NCBI RefSeq assembly: GCF_000143415.4
Contig: NW_003314275.1
Coordinates: 563,955-627,954, forward strand
Direction: 5' to 3'
From: Selaginella moellendorffii
Lineage: Eukaryota; Plantae; Lycopodiophyta
DNA length: 64,000 nucleotides
The position numbers were made by a program, and so were the translations under genes. Shown here one piece after another: positions 27,976-39,198 of the stretch. The notes beneath the pieces were generated by a model. It did no database searches and was not told where the DNA came from. It saw nothing but the letters and a program-made list of their open reading frames with translations. How positions within the stretch are numbered: position 1 is the stretch's first letter; the number at the start of each line of letters is the position of its first letter.

Positions 27976-28408
27976 TTACTCTGGAGGTGGTGGACTACTG
28001 AGAGATTATAAATTCTCCCAGAGGAAGAGCAAAACCAGTGTGTGCTGTTAGGCAAATAAATCTCTTACACATTGATAGTACCTCGTTATTTGCGACGAGC
28101 AAAGAATGAGAATGTCCAATGCCTGTGACAAGAAGAAAACCAAAACAGAGAGCTTGCTTAAACCCTGAGCTCAGATCACACACTACAGACCTTGGTGACA
28201 AGCGCATCACCAGCCAAAATCGATGCCTCCAAAACTTTTCTAGCGCCTGTGTTCCTCACTCTCTCGGAATGAACCCTGCAAAAATAAAAATCAACACTAA
28301 AAGGAAAGCTCGAGAAAAAACTTACTCTACCACTCCAACGCGTTTGAGCACACAGATCGTCGTCAGCGACACAAAGGTGTACATTAAAAGGCTGTTCATC
28401 ACCGCCAT
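27976..28408 (-). CDS. Small (~76 aa) 4-exon membrane-associated protein, DUF1748-like; absent from the ORF track
   Basis: Manual splicing gives MAVMNSLLMYTFVSLTTICVLKRVGVVEVHSERVRNTGARKVLEASILAGDALVTKALDILILCSSQITSSPPPPE* with three canonical GT-AG introns. Confidence 0.65.
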
Positions 28409-28728
28409 GGTCTAGAGGCCACTACCGCGACCGCGACCGCGACAGCAAGCACAACCGCGGCAGGCTTTCCATTCACCGCGGCATCCTCTCTGCGACCTTT
28501 CAGCCATCGTCTCCCACAAAAGGGCCTAACCGCCACGTGTCTGCCACGTTATAGGCATTAGAACACCGAAAAGATAGAACTTGATCCCCCACACCTTCCC
28601 AAGAACTCCATTGTCTGAAAACTTGCGTTGAATCTACCCGCAAAACGAAAGAACGAAACAAGAAAAGAAAAGAAGGATATAGATTCCATCCGGTTTGAGA
28701 AAAAACACCTTGTTATCATTTTGCTTGC

Positions 28729-29910
28729 TCAATAGATGGAAAGATCTGGGGGTGCTCCGTAAACTGTTGACCACGACAAAGGTATCCTCCAGTTCTTGCA
28801 TTCCTTGCCTGCGTAAATGTGTAAGTAGTTAGCATGGTTGATCCAAGAACGATAGGACATACCATTGCAAGAATGGAAGAATTTATCGCAAGCGCTCGCG
28901 AGGAAGGTAGCGTCTGGGATGTTATCTCCTTCGGCACAGTAGCACAGCACTGACAGAACTTTCAAGCCTCTTTTCTGTAGCGGAAAACCAAGGCAGGGAA
29001 GATTTTAGACTGGTTTTCACCACTTTGAATGAATAGAAGTACCTTGAAGGACGTGAACAGAGCAGTAACCGGCAGCCGCGAGAGGTAGTCTTGGTCATGC
29101 TCTCCGACTCTACCATCCATCGCATCTCTCAGCACAGAAAACTCGAAGGGCTCGGTGTGCTGACCGGATTGTTTCACGTCCAGCCAGCCTAGTCTCTCGC
29201 ACAGCTCGTCTTTGCCATCTTCGCTGGCGCTGGTTTGATAGTAAACTTGAGGCCTGGAAAAGGAAGGAGAAACGCATTAGCAAGTAAAGCAAGAGGATCG
29301 GATCGTACCCAGCGTTGTGGAGAAGGTGTCTCTTTCCCGAGTCCAAGCCGGATAGCACGACGACGTTTTCAAATCCCTCACTCTTCGCCCAGTCGGCCAG
29401 ATTCTCGGCAAACTTAAGCGTGGAGCCCTGAAGCATCTCATATAATCTCAAGTGATTCGTGAAAAAGTTCTAAGTCCTACCTTGACAAGAGGCGATCGCT
29501 GTTGCAAGACTGTGATATCACTAGCAGAATCCACGTACACTGCAAAAGCACAAGATAGCATGAGACGAGAAGAAGAAAAGAAGAGCAAGAAGGAAAAGAG
29601 GAGAAAGAGAGATTCCTCTACTTCTCTCTTCAAACTTACATTCCATTGCGACTGCTAATTCGCCCCGAGGCTCGGGACCAAATGGATCATTTCCCACGCA
29701 CGGCAACACATGAGGATCATCCAAGAATCCGACCCTGGGCATTCCATACGTCGAAATCAAGAGATCCACGGCGAGCTGGCCCGCATTTCCAATCGAGAGC
29801 GCCGGCTGATCGCAAGAAATCAGACAATGAGCGAGGCAAAGGCCTGGATTGAAACTCACCAGTACGAGCGCCTTGCGTCGCAGCCGAGCCCTGTCGCCAC
29901 AAAACTCCAT
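28729..29910 (-). CDS. PAC2: Proteasome assembly chaperone 2 (intact copy)
   Basis: PALSIGNAGQLAVDLLIS, LPCVGND, LQQRSP, CYCAEGDNIPDA, WRIPLSWSTVYGAPPD. Confidence 0.93.
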
Positions 29911-29919
29911 ATGGACGAA

Positions 29920-30348
29920 GAACCCTAAAGTTGCAGTTAACAAAAAATGGTTCAGGAGTTTTTAATCTCATCTTAGGTCAGATGGAGCGCGAGTGGCGAC
30001 TCACGACTTAGTTACTCATCATCACCACTAGGCATCGAACCATGGACCTCTCGATCCACAACCCAACACCTTAACACTGAGTCACATGACTCAGCCTTGT
30101 GAAGATGCAACACGTCAATACTTTTATTGAGAACACTCGGGTTTTAGTGTTTAAGGTTTTAAAATTAGGGCTTTTCAAAACCAAAATTTCTCGCACATGT
30201 TTAAAAGTTTAAAGAAGAAAGAGGGGGGCATTTTAGGAAATCGTTGTCCTCCTCCTCGGCAATGTGCTTGGCGAGCTCCTGATCCTGCTGCTGCTGCTCA
30301 CGCGACTGCATGAAGCTGTGTGTGTGGTCGATCACTGCATCGATGCGT
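29920..30348 (-). pseudogene. Duplicated RPN3 3' end and 3' UTR fragment with internal deletion
   Basis: Matches 44515-44885 joined to 45030-45080 ([10 protein letters not shown] coding remnant). Confidence 0.9.
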
Positions 30349-30609
30349 TGAATCTACCTGCAAAACTAAAGAACGAAAAAAGAAAAGAAAAGAAGGATAC
30401 AGATTCCATCCGGTTTGAGAAAAAACACCTTGTTATCATTTTTCTTGCTCAATAGATGGAAAGATCTGGGTAAACTGTTGACCACGACAAAGGTATCCTC
30501 CAGTTCTTGCATTCCTTGCCTATGTAAATGTGTAAGTAGTTAGCATGGTTGATCCAAGAGCAATAGGATATGCCATTGGAAGAATGGAAGAATTTATTGC
30601 AAGCGCTTG
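30345..30609 (-). pseudogene. 3' half of a split PAC2 duplicate
   Basis: Matches 28626-28898; its 5' half is at 43605-44505. Confidence 0.9.
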
Positions 30610-30611
30610 TT

Positions 30612-30785
30612 GTGATGAGTGTTATCTGTCTTTCTTCCATGGCTGTAACACACAACTCAACACGTTAACACTGAGCCACATGAGATGAGTGTTATCTATC
30701 TTTCTTCCATGGCTATAACACACAACCCAACACTTTAACATTGAGCCACATGACTTAGCCTTGTGAAGATGCAACAGGTCAATAG
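30612..30785. repeat. ~70 bp tandem duplication partly copied from the neighbouring RPN3 3' UTR (filler DNA)
   Basis: Two copies of gatgagtgttatct...gagccacatga; the tail matches 30057-30120. Confidence 0.75.
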
Positions 30786-31818
30786 ATTTAAAGAGAATAA
30801 AATAGCACATTTTATCTTTCTCCTTTTAATCCAATTGGAAAAGGAGTAATTGTTTTAATTGAGAGAGCTTTTAATGGTTATTTTATTCCAATTTATCTCA
30901 TAAAGTTTCAAGGATTTGTAATGACAATATATCTAAATTTCATCTCATGATCACATTCACTATAATGGCCTATAAGAAGCTATTGCTACTGTGGCCAGAT
31001 TTCCTATGAAGCTAGAGATGTTGCAAGCATAGAAGTCTAGCATGGGGAAGAATGTGTTCTCTTTAGTGGCCATTTTCATTATAAAAGTTTTGAATAATAG
31101 TGGATTTCATTGTGGAAAGTCTTGTCAATATGAATTTCATGATAAAAGCCATAATATTTAACTCATTGTAATCCATTATATTACTACAATATATGTCAAT
31201 ACATTTATGATTAGAAGTTCAGAACTAACCAAACCTACCACTACCCCTGAGGCTAAATTTTTTTTGCATTCCCTGAGTTGCAAGCCAAGTGGGAATGGTT
31301 TCCAAGCTAAGTGGGAGTGATTTTGGAGTGAATAAATGTTCACTCCACTCTAATTCATTGCATATCCACTACAAGAACAATCTTTTTTACACTTCACTTT
31401 AATATATACTTTGACAACCACTGTAAACACCATTGCAACACACATGCATTCTGTACTTCAGCTTCATAAGCATGGGATGGCATCAATTATGCACTCTACT
31501 GCAAAACACTTCATGCCATGTATTTCTATGCCACATCAGCCATTAACATGACTTTTGTTTTTGATAGATTGAGATGGTGTTAGTGCCATGTTGTTTTTGA
31601 TGGAGATTGCCAAGTTATGTGGGTGAGCAAGATAAGAGGCGAGGCAAGGAAAAAGAGGCCATTCTTCTCGCATTTTCCAGTTAAGACGAAGATGGTTCCA
31701 ATCCACCTGACAAAATTCCCAAAGAATTTCATGAGTCAAAATCATCGTCTTTCTTTGATCCAGTCGTACACCTCCATTGCTGCTCGTGCTTGACACTCGG
31801 ATCCATCTCCTCAAACTC

Positions 31819-31980
31819 ATGGGAGACTATGCACCGCCCGACTCCACCCCTGCTACCAACGACGAGCACACCTTTACCAGCAAGCTTCCTCCTGCAACAG
31901 TCCTGGAGCTTACGATCCCTCAGTACGTTTTTCAAGGACTAGAGAGTTACCTGGACAGGGTAGCGATCGTGGACACAGAC
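31819..31980 (+). pseudogene. N-terminal fragment of a 4-coumarate:CoA-ligase-like acyl-activating enzyme
   Basis: MGDY...EHTFTSKLPPATVLELTIPQYVFQGLESYLDRVAIVDT resembles the 4CL-like N terminus; similarity stops at the palindromic insert. Confidence 0.6.
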
Positions 31981-32180
31981 AGGATCCCACCCAAACAAAG
32001 CTGCCATGGCCGTGGCAATCCAGCCTTGGCAAGCAATCGCCACGGATTTCCCAGGCCATAGCAGCCATGGCCATGTTGCCATGGCAAAGGCCATGGATTG
32101 CCACAGCCATGCCACAGCTAAGGCCGTGGATTGCCACGGGCACAGCATTTTCAACACTGCTGCCTGGAACGATCCATCCA
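31981..32180. repeat. GC-rich foldback element built from GCCATGGC/GCCGTGGCAATCCA motifs (MITE-like)
   Basis: gccgtggcaatcca near 32008 is reverse-complementary to tggattgccac near 32094 and 32126. Confidence 0.55.
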
Positions 32181-32724
32181 GAATCTAAATTGTGCAAAGA
32201 GAGATCGCGAGGGAGATGTGTGATGCCAGAAATGGAGCTGGAATCCCTTCTCTTCGATCATGCAATAGACATGGTAGTGTTCCTGAGGCACCACATATGA
32301 CGGGGTTTGGCAAAAAGGGGTACTTGTGACGCACGCGAGAGATGCAGCTTGGTGAGGGTGAGCAGCATCACCAAGGCCCGGCTGCTCAAGCTCAATCTGT
32401 TTGGAGTACTGCACGAGCTCTAGAAGGCCAGCGGTTTGCCTTTCGGCGCATGGAGGAAAGACGCCTAGGGAACGTTGTTTGCTACAAACAGCATGGATAA
32501 AGGGACTAGAGAGAAGATAACTTTCATTGCATTCCATGTAGGTAGGTTCCCATGCTTCTTAGTTGGGCTATATATATATATATATATGGTGGTAATGTTT
32601 CTGGTTGATAAACTGGATCTTGATCTCCTTGTTGATGTTTCCCAAGGCCCATGCGGTCAAATCACATGCGATTAGCATCACAAACTCCAGAATTTAATGG
32701 GTAAAAGGGTAATTATTATTGTCA

Positions 32725-34661
32725 TTAATAATGCTGAAGCCATTCACCAATGTACAACTGGATAATGCACGTTAAGGACAGCAAATGCAAAATTGGCTTA
32801 CTTGACGAGGTCTCACAATCTTGTTGTCACGCAAGTCAAGGCATTCTTTCCAGTGTGCTAGGTAGCCAACAACACGAGCCAATGCAAACAGGAGTGGAAA
32901 GTTTCCTTGAAATCCAAGAGCTCTGGAATATGAAATTAATGCAGTTGAAAACATTTTCAAAACTTACTTGAAAACAATCCAAGAGTAAAAGTCGATATTG
33001 GGATAAAGTTTCCGCTTGATGAAGTACTCATCTGAGAGAGCGGCTTCTGCTAATGCGTCTGACACCTTTAAAGTTGAAATATAAGAGTCAGGCTTTTTCT
33101 GGTACTTTTTCTTTTCTAATATACTTACCTTGATGAGCGGGTCATGCCCTACAATCTCAAATGCATCTTCTGCCAGCTGCCGAATTACCTGAATAAAAGA
33201 AAGATAAGAAACTTTCAAATGTAAAAGTGAGCAAAATTCAACCTTGACACGTATTTCATATGCCCTATGGATTCGATGGCCAAATCCAAACAACTTCTTC
33301 TTCTTGTTTTTTACAGCCTCTAGATAGGCTGGGATATTGTCGACGGTTCCAATCTCCTGAATCATGTTTGCACATGCCTACAACATAGTAAAAGTACCAC
33401 ATTCTTGCAATCAGGAAATTCCTTGCAAATTTTACCTCATTTGCACCTCCGTGAAACGGGCCTCCTAGTGTTGCAACTCCTGCTGCTAAACAAGTGTATA
33501 GATCCACGCCACTGTTATTGAAAGAGGTAAAGTAACAGTTAAAGCTGTAGTCTTAAAACACTTGCCATGACACAAGGTGTCGTACAGCAGCAGATGAACA
33601 GCTAAGCTCATGTTCCATATGCACAATGAGCAGCCTCTCAAGAATGCGAGCCAATAGCGGAGAAGACCTGGGAAAAAGAGAGACCAATTTTCTTACAGCT
33701 TGAGTATATAAAAACTAGTGGAGGGTGACCTTGTTGGGCTGGTATTATGGAACATATGCATGTAACGAAAGTTGGCAACGTATGGAAGCTCAGAAGATGG
33801 ATTTGGCAGAACCATACCCTCTGCATGCTGGAATATATGTGCGATATAAATAGGTATCTGATAAACAGAAAGATATAATTCGGTAGCATGGAATAGCTAG
33901 AATTTCACCTGACCAAGTACGCGTGCAATGAGCTGGTCTTGGACATGTTTGTCCTGGTATGCACCCTAATTTCTAAACCATGTTAGAAAGCTGATGAGAA
34001 AGATGAATTACAATATTACCACATCAGGCTGTGGGTAAAACGAAGACATGGAGCTAATAGCAGTTGCCAGCAACCCCATTGCGTGTGCATTCTTTGGCTG
34101 ACTCTTTATCAGGCCCTGATAAAACGAAATATAAAAAAAAGTATGATGGATCTCTTAAAATGTATGCTCACCATAGCTCCTTTGTGACAGCAAGTTTCCT
34201 TCCTGACGCTATCCTCAAATCTCGAAAGCTTGGCCTTGGATGCCAAATCTCCATAGACTGATGCACGGAGTGACTTCTATACGTTATTTAGGCTGAAAAA
34301 CTACTTACTTAGAAGGTAAGCAACTTGTAAGAATGTGCAATGTTGTGCAAGTTCCTCCACTGGGTAGCCCCTAAATTTGAGCGTCCCGTCATTCCCATTG
34401 GCGAGCGAGATTGCAAACTTGGTGACTGCAGTGTTGAAATATCCGGGGTCAAATAGCAGCAGATCACCATCTTGTGCTGCGGCCTGCATTCAAAACAAAA
34501 TGACATGTCTAAAGACAAACATGCATTGCTACCTTGTTGATCATTTCTTTGGCCAAAACAATTCCACCCTGTTTGATCTCAAGCTCAAATTCAAGCCCTG
34601 TCCTGGTATCTGCAATTGTGAGTAAACCAGGGCCGCCACCCAAAGCTTGATGCTCATCCAT
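32725..34661 (-). CDS. Citrate-synthase-like protein A (derived from the peroxisomal CSY type, divergent, catalytic residues kept), ~13 exons
   Basis: [64 protein letters not shown]; manual splicing gives an open frame. Confidence 0.9.
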
Positions 34662-34792
34662 AATGGTTTTGATATTCAGCTCTCTGAAGTTCTCTGCTCT
34701 ATATATGCATACTCTAAACCAGGCGTGACATCGGGACATTGGGACATCAGGACATCGAGACATTGGTGCATCCCAACATTGATCACATGCTC

Positions 34793-35119
34793 ATTGGCGT
34801 TTTTTATAAAGCTGGCATCTGATAAAGCCTGCAAAAAGAACAATTCCGCAATGTCAAGCTCAAACTCCCTGGTATCCTCAACTGTGAGTATATCAAGACA
34901 TTGGCGTTTTTTATAAAAGCTGGCATCTGATAAAGCCTGCAAAAAGAACAATTCCGCCCTGCTTAATGTAACCCTTATCCTCAACTGTCAGTATATCAAG
35001 ACATTGGCATTTTTTTTATAAAAGCTGGCATCTGATAAAGCCTGCAAAAAGAACAATTCTGCCTTGCTTAATGTCAAGCTCAAACTCCCTGGTATCCTCA
35101 ACTGTGAGTATATCAAGAC
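34793..35119 (-). repeat. Three tandem ~105 bp degenerate copies of the citrate-synthase-like exon 1
   Basis: Translate to LTVEDTR-EFELDIKQGRIVL versus LTIADTRTGLEFELEIKQGGIVL in gene A. Confidence 0.75.
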
Positions 35120-36832
35120 TATACTGGGCACCACAAGACTATAAACAGCATATAAATAGATAGATAGCTATCAAGACATTGGCGATAACTTTAGAGACCT
35201 GCGTTGGACTGCCCGGAGCTTGGAAACACACTCATGTGGCCCCACATGAATAATGTTAAAAGAGAGATGCCATAAATCCATTGCATTCATGTAGATAGGT
35301 GGTGAGTTGCGATCGTGGGCGCAGCGGCGGCAAGCTCAAGCGTGGGTAGTGGGGGCCAGTGGGCTCATGGCTCGGCAGCCATGGCAGCAAGCTGTGAGTG
35401 GACAGCACCAAGCAGTGGGCATGGGTAGCAGTGAGCTGCGAGCTGGAGCATGAGCGGCATGAGGGCGGTGGTGAGCAGCATGGCTAGTGGCTTGCTCATG
35501 GCTCGTGAGTAGGAGGCTGCGAGTTGTGAGCTGTGAGTGGGGTGCAAGCCTGAGCAGGGTGAGGCAAGTGTGTGTATGGGTGGGTTTGTGGTCTAGGTGG
35601 TGTGAAGAGGTGGCGCTGAGCTTGAGGAGGCAGTGGCAAGCTGCTGCAACGATGAGCTGCTAGTGAAGGTGTGGGCGTGGGGCTCAATTGTTGGTGATTT
35701 AAGTTCATGTATATGTCTTATGCACAGCATATGATGTGCATGGCATCGGCATTATATGTGCATGTCATCGGCATTATATGGGCATGTGTATTTTCCCGCT
35801 TCAGTTTGAAATTTGAGGGCATTATGTTTTCTTGAACTAACTAAATGTCTAACTAAATATCCAACTAAATGTTTAATGTTTTAGAGATTTAACAAGCACA
35901 TTTTTTGGTTTGCTTAAGCAAACTTGTAGATAATAATGGATATACTAAGAATATGCTTGGATATTCTACTATCTAATGGTTATTATTCATTTAGATTAAT
36001 CTTGTATTTATAATTTGTATAAATGTTTATAATTTATAAACTTTTCTAAACACCTTATAGTATATTCCCATCTAATGGTAATCTTGTTGTTATAAATATG
36101 TTTATAATTAAAAAAAAATCTTAAATAGGGTGTATTTTAAGTAAACATTCTTATTAAAACATTTACTTTAATAAGTGTTATGTAATATTTAAAATAAACA
36201 AACAAACCAAATGTTGCTGACCATTTGGAAATTTCCTCACCAATTTGCTCCGGGCTTACGCACGCTGCTGCGACATTTCCCATGAAGGAAAAGAGTGCGC
36301 TAAAGATTCGGAAATCTGGAAATGTAATGCATAGCAATTTATTTAGTAGATCTAGACATAACTTTATAAGCTCAAAATAAAAACTCAAAGCATAAAAGGG
36401 ATTGTAGAAAATTTATAAACTTTAACAATCTATGGCCAATGAATGATTGTGAAAAAGGGTAATTAGATGAAAAACCTTCTGTTTGTGAGATAACCAAACT
36501 TAATGTTCCACTCGCAAATACATTTAGTTTAGATCTGAACTGTCTCGAAGATCGGGTGGGGGGAGGGGGAGGCGGGAATATCGTGCTTGCCTACCTACGT
36601 CCTCTGGCTGGAAGCCTGCAAAAAGCCTGCAAAAAGAGCTGTTTGACGTCAACCTTGACTGTTTGATGTCTTCTGTAAAAGCTTGCATCTGATAAAGCCT
36701 GCAAAAAGTAAAAGATTGAATGAAAAGAACTACTATATAGCACATGTACATTATTACATAAATATGCAATTTTTTATTCTCTAAGAGTTTTTATTATTCA
36801 CGTTGGTTGTTTGTGTCTAGCTTGAAGAAACC

Positions 36833-38920
36833 ATGGCAGCTCCCAGTCAATCCAGGAAATTGCGCATCATCGATCACAGGACTGGGCTCACATACGAGAT
36901 GGATGTATGTGAGCGAGGCTGTCTCAAGAGTTCTGACTTCTCCAAGGCATGCTTCGTTTTTTCGTTGGTGCAATTAAAAGACAACTTCATGTTCTTGTTC
37001 CTCTTCTCGCAGATCAAGGCTGGCGGAGATGGCAAGGGATTGAAGCTGTATGATCCGGGATTTGTGCATACAGCTCCCGTGAAGTCCACCATTGCATTCA
37101 TTGATGGGAGGAATGGGATTTTGAGATACAGAGGATACCCCGTGGAAGAGCTTGCGGAGAGAAGCACATACTTGGAGGTGGCATATTTACTGTGTAAGTA
37201 TACATCTTTTCAAGAAAACGGATAAATCTTTTGTGGAACAGGTAAGGGGAATCTCCCCACGAAGTCCCAGCTTTCTGAATGGGAAGCTGCAATCCAAAGG
37301 CAGTCCTCAATGCCAGAAGAGCTTCTGGCAAGCCACTACAGCTATGAGAGAGTGTTGTTGTGACACAATTTTGTTTTGCAGGCCCTTATTGGCGCTCTTC
37401 CTCGAGATTCTCATCCAAAGCAAAACTTTGCCACGGCCTTGTATGCCCTCATTTCATTCAATCCAGATGCAAATCCTCTAGTAGCGGTGAAGCTTTAATT
37501 TTTTCCTAGTATACAATCTTTGTCTTTGTACAAATGCAGGGACATGATCTGTACAAAACAGAAGCTGCACAAAACCTGCACATTATTCGTATAATGGGAA
37601 AGGTGATGTCTCATTCATCAATAATACATGTTTTTGGGGTCCATTGGCACCCAGCTGGAGGCATTAGACCATTGGTTTGTTAAAATGTGCCTTTTCAGGC
37701 TGCTAGCTTGGCAGGCGCAATCTACGTTCATATGGAGGGTCAAAAGCCCATTCAAAATCCGAACAACAGTCTCAATTTTTCTGAAATGATTCTTTATATG
37801 TTCCAGTCAATGTGAGCATTAAGCAAAATTTCTTGCTTTGACTTCAACTGCTTTCTGCCTTCAGGGGAGATCAGGACTTCAAGCCAAATCCCGCACTTGC
37901 AAAAGCTTTGGATGTGATTTTTGTAATATTGGCTGAGCATGAACTTGGTACAGCAACGGCAGCAACTTTACACCTTGCATCAAGGTGCTTTTCTTTTGGT
38001 GTAATTTTACTGTCTGCTTTCTACTAATTTTTCAGCAGTGGAGTGGATGTTTATACAGCAATTGCTGGAGGCACTAGTGCATTATCAGGGCCCAATGATA
38101 TAGGGGCTGTTGAGGTAAACGACTATCAAACACTAGGATTTTCTGAATAAACGTTATGATTTTGTTAAGGCTGTTTTGGACATGCTCAATGAAATTGGAA
38201 GCATTGAGAATGTTGCATTCTACATAGAAGAAGCCAAGAAAAGGTATGAAGAAAATTAATAAATTATATTATACTAAATTATTTTTACTAACAGTAACAC
38301 CAAACTACCTGGAATTGGCCACCGTGTATACAAGACATATGATCCTCGAGCGAAGGCAAGTGTAACAATGGCCTTTCAAAGTTACTTGACAATGTTTTAA
38401 TTTTGCAGCTCATTCAAAAGCTAGCAGAAGAGGTTTATGACGTGGTTGGCAAGGATCCCCTGGTAGAGGTGTAATTTACATTAATGGACTTCTGTTCCAG
38501 AGCCTTATGTTTTGAGTGATCAGGTTGCAGCTGCATTGGAGAATGCCATTATTGCCGATGAGTATTTTATAAACAGAAAACTGTATCCTAATGCCACCTT
38601 TCACTTGGGCCTCTTGCTTAGGCAAGTAGTTTTGCATATTCACTGACATGGTTTCAAGACATGCTTTGATGTACAGGGCTCTTGGCTTTCCTAAACAATT
38701 TTTTGTGGTTCTTGTCTCTATTGCCCGAATTGCTGGTCAGTTGGCACACTGGAAAGAGTCTATGAATGACCCGTCAACTAGGCTGATGAGGCCACAACAG
38801 GTGAGTAAAAATCTCTATTCTTTTATAACATTCATTCATTCATATTCTGTTTTTACATGGTCACTGCTTTTTCTCTTGTAGTGGTACACTGGGCAAAGGC
38901 TTCGCCATTATTCAAAGTAA
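36833..38920 (+). CDS. Citrate-synthase-like protein B (pseudoenzyme-like, His and Asp catalytic residues substituted), 14 exons
   Basis: [36 protein letters not shown] kept; GPNDIGAVE replaces GPLHGGANE and YPNATFHLG replaces YPNVDFYSG; frame open after splicing. Confidence 0.9.
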
Positions 38921-39198
38921 TTATTTGTTTAAAAAATTTGGAACATGTGCTTGACATGTCTTGGAATTTACCCCGGTGGTGAAAGAAGAAGAAGAGTTTA
39001 AAGTCTCAGCAGCGCCCAGTGGGGCATGGGACTTGTTGCATGGCAACGACGACAAAGGCGTGCCTTTCGGACTCCTACTTCGCTGGAAGTGACGGGCTGT
39101 TATCCTTGTTGTGTTGGCGTGTCGGTCAGGAAAGCAAAGAAATTTCCCGGTGAGTGAATAAATAAACAGACAAGATAAGGGTTTCTTAATAGAATTCC

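Noticed and set aside
30612-30675. Possible C/D-box snoRNA (GTGATGA...CTGA)
   Set aside because: No terminal stem or evident guide; it lies in duplicated junction filler
34793-35119. CRISPR-like direct repeat array
   Set aside because: The intervening sequences are themselves repeated and exon-derived; no cas genes; eukaryotic context
35290-35710. GC-rich minus-strand ORFs between the synthase-like genes
   Set aside because: Low-complexity GTGAGC-type repeats with no protein motif; probably a repeat relic
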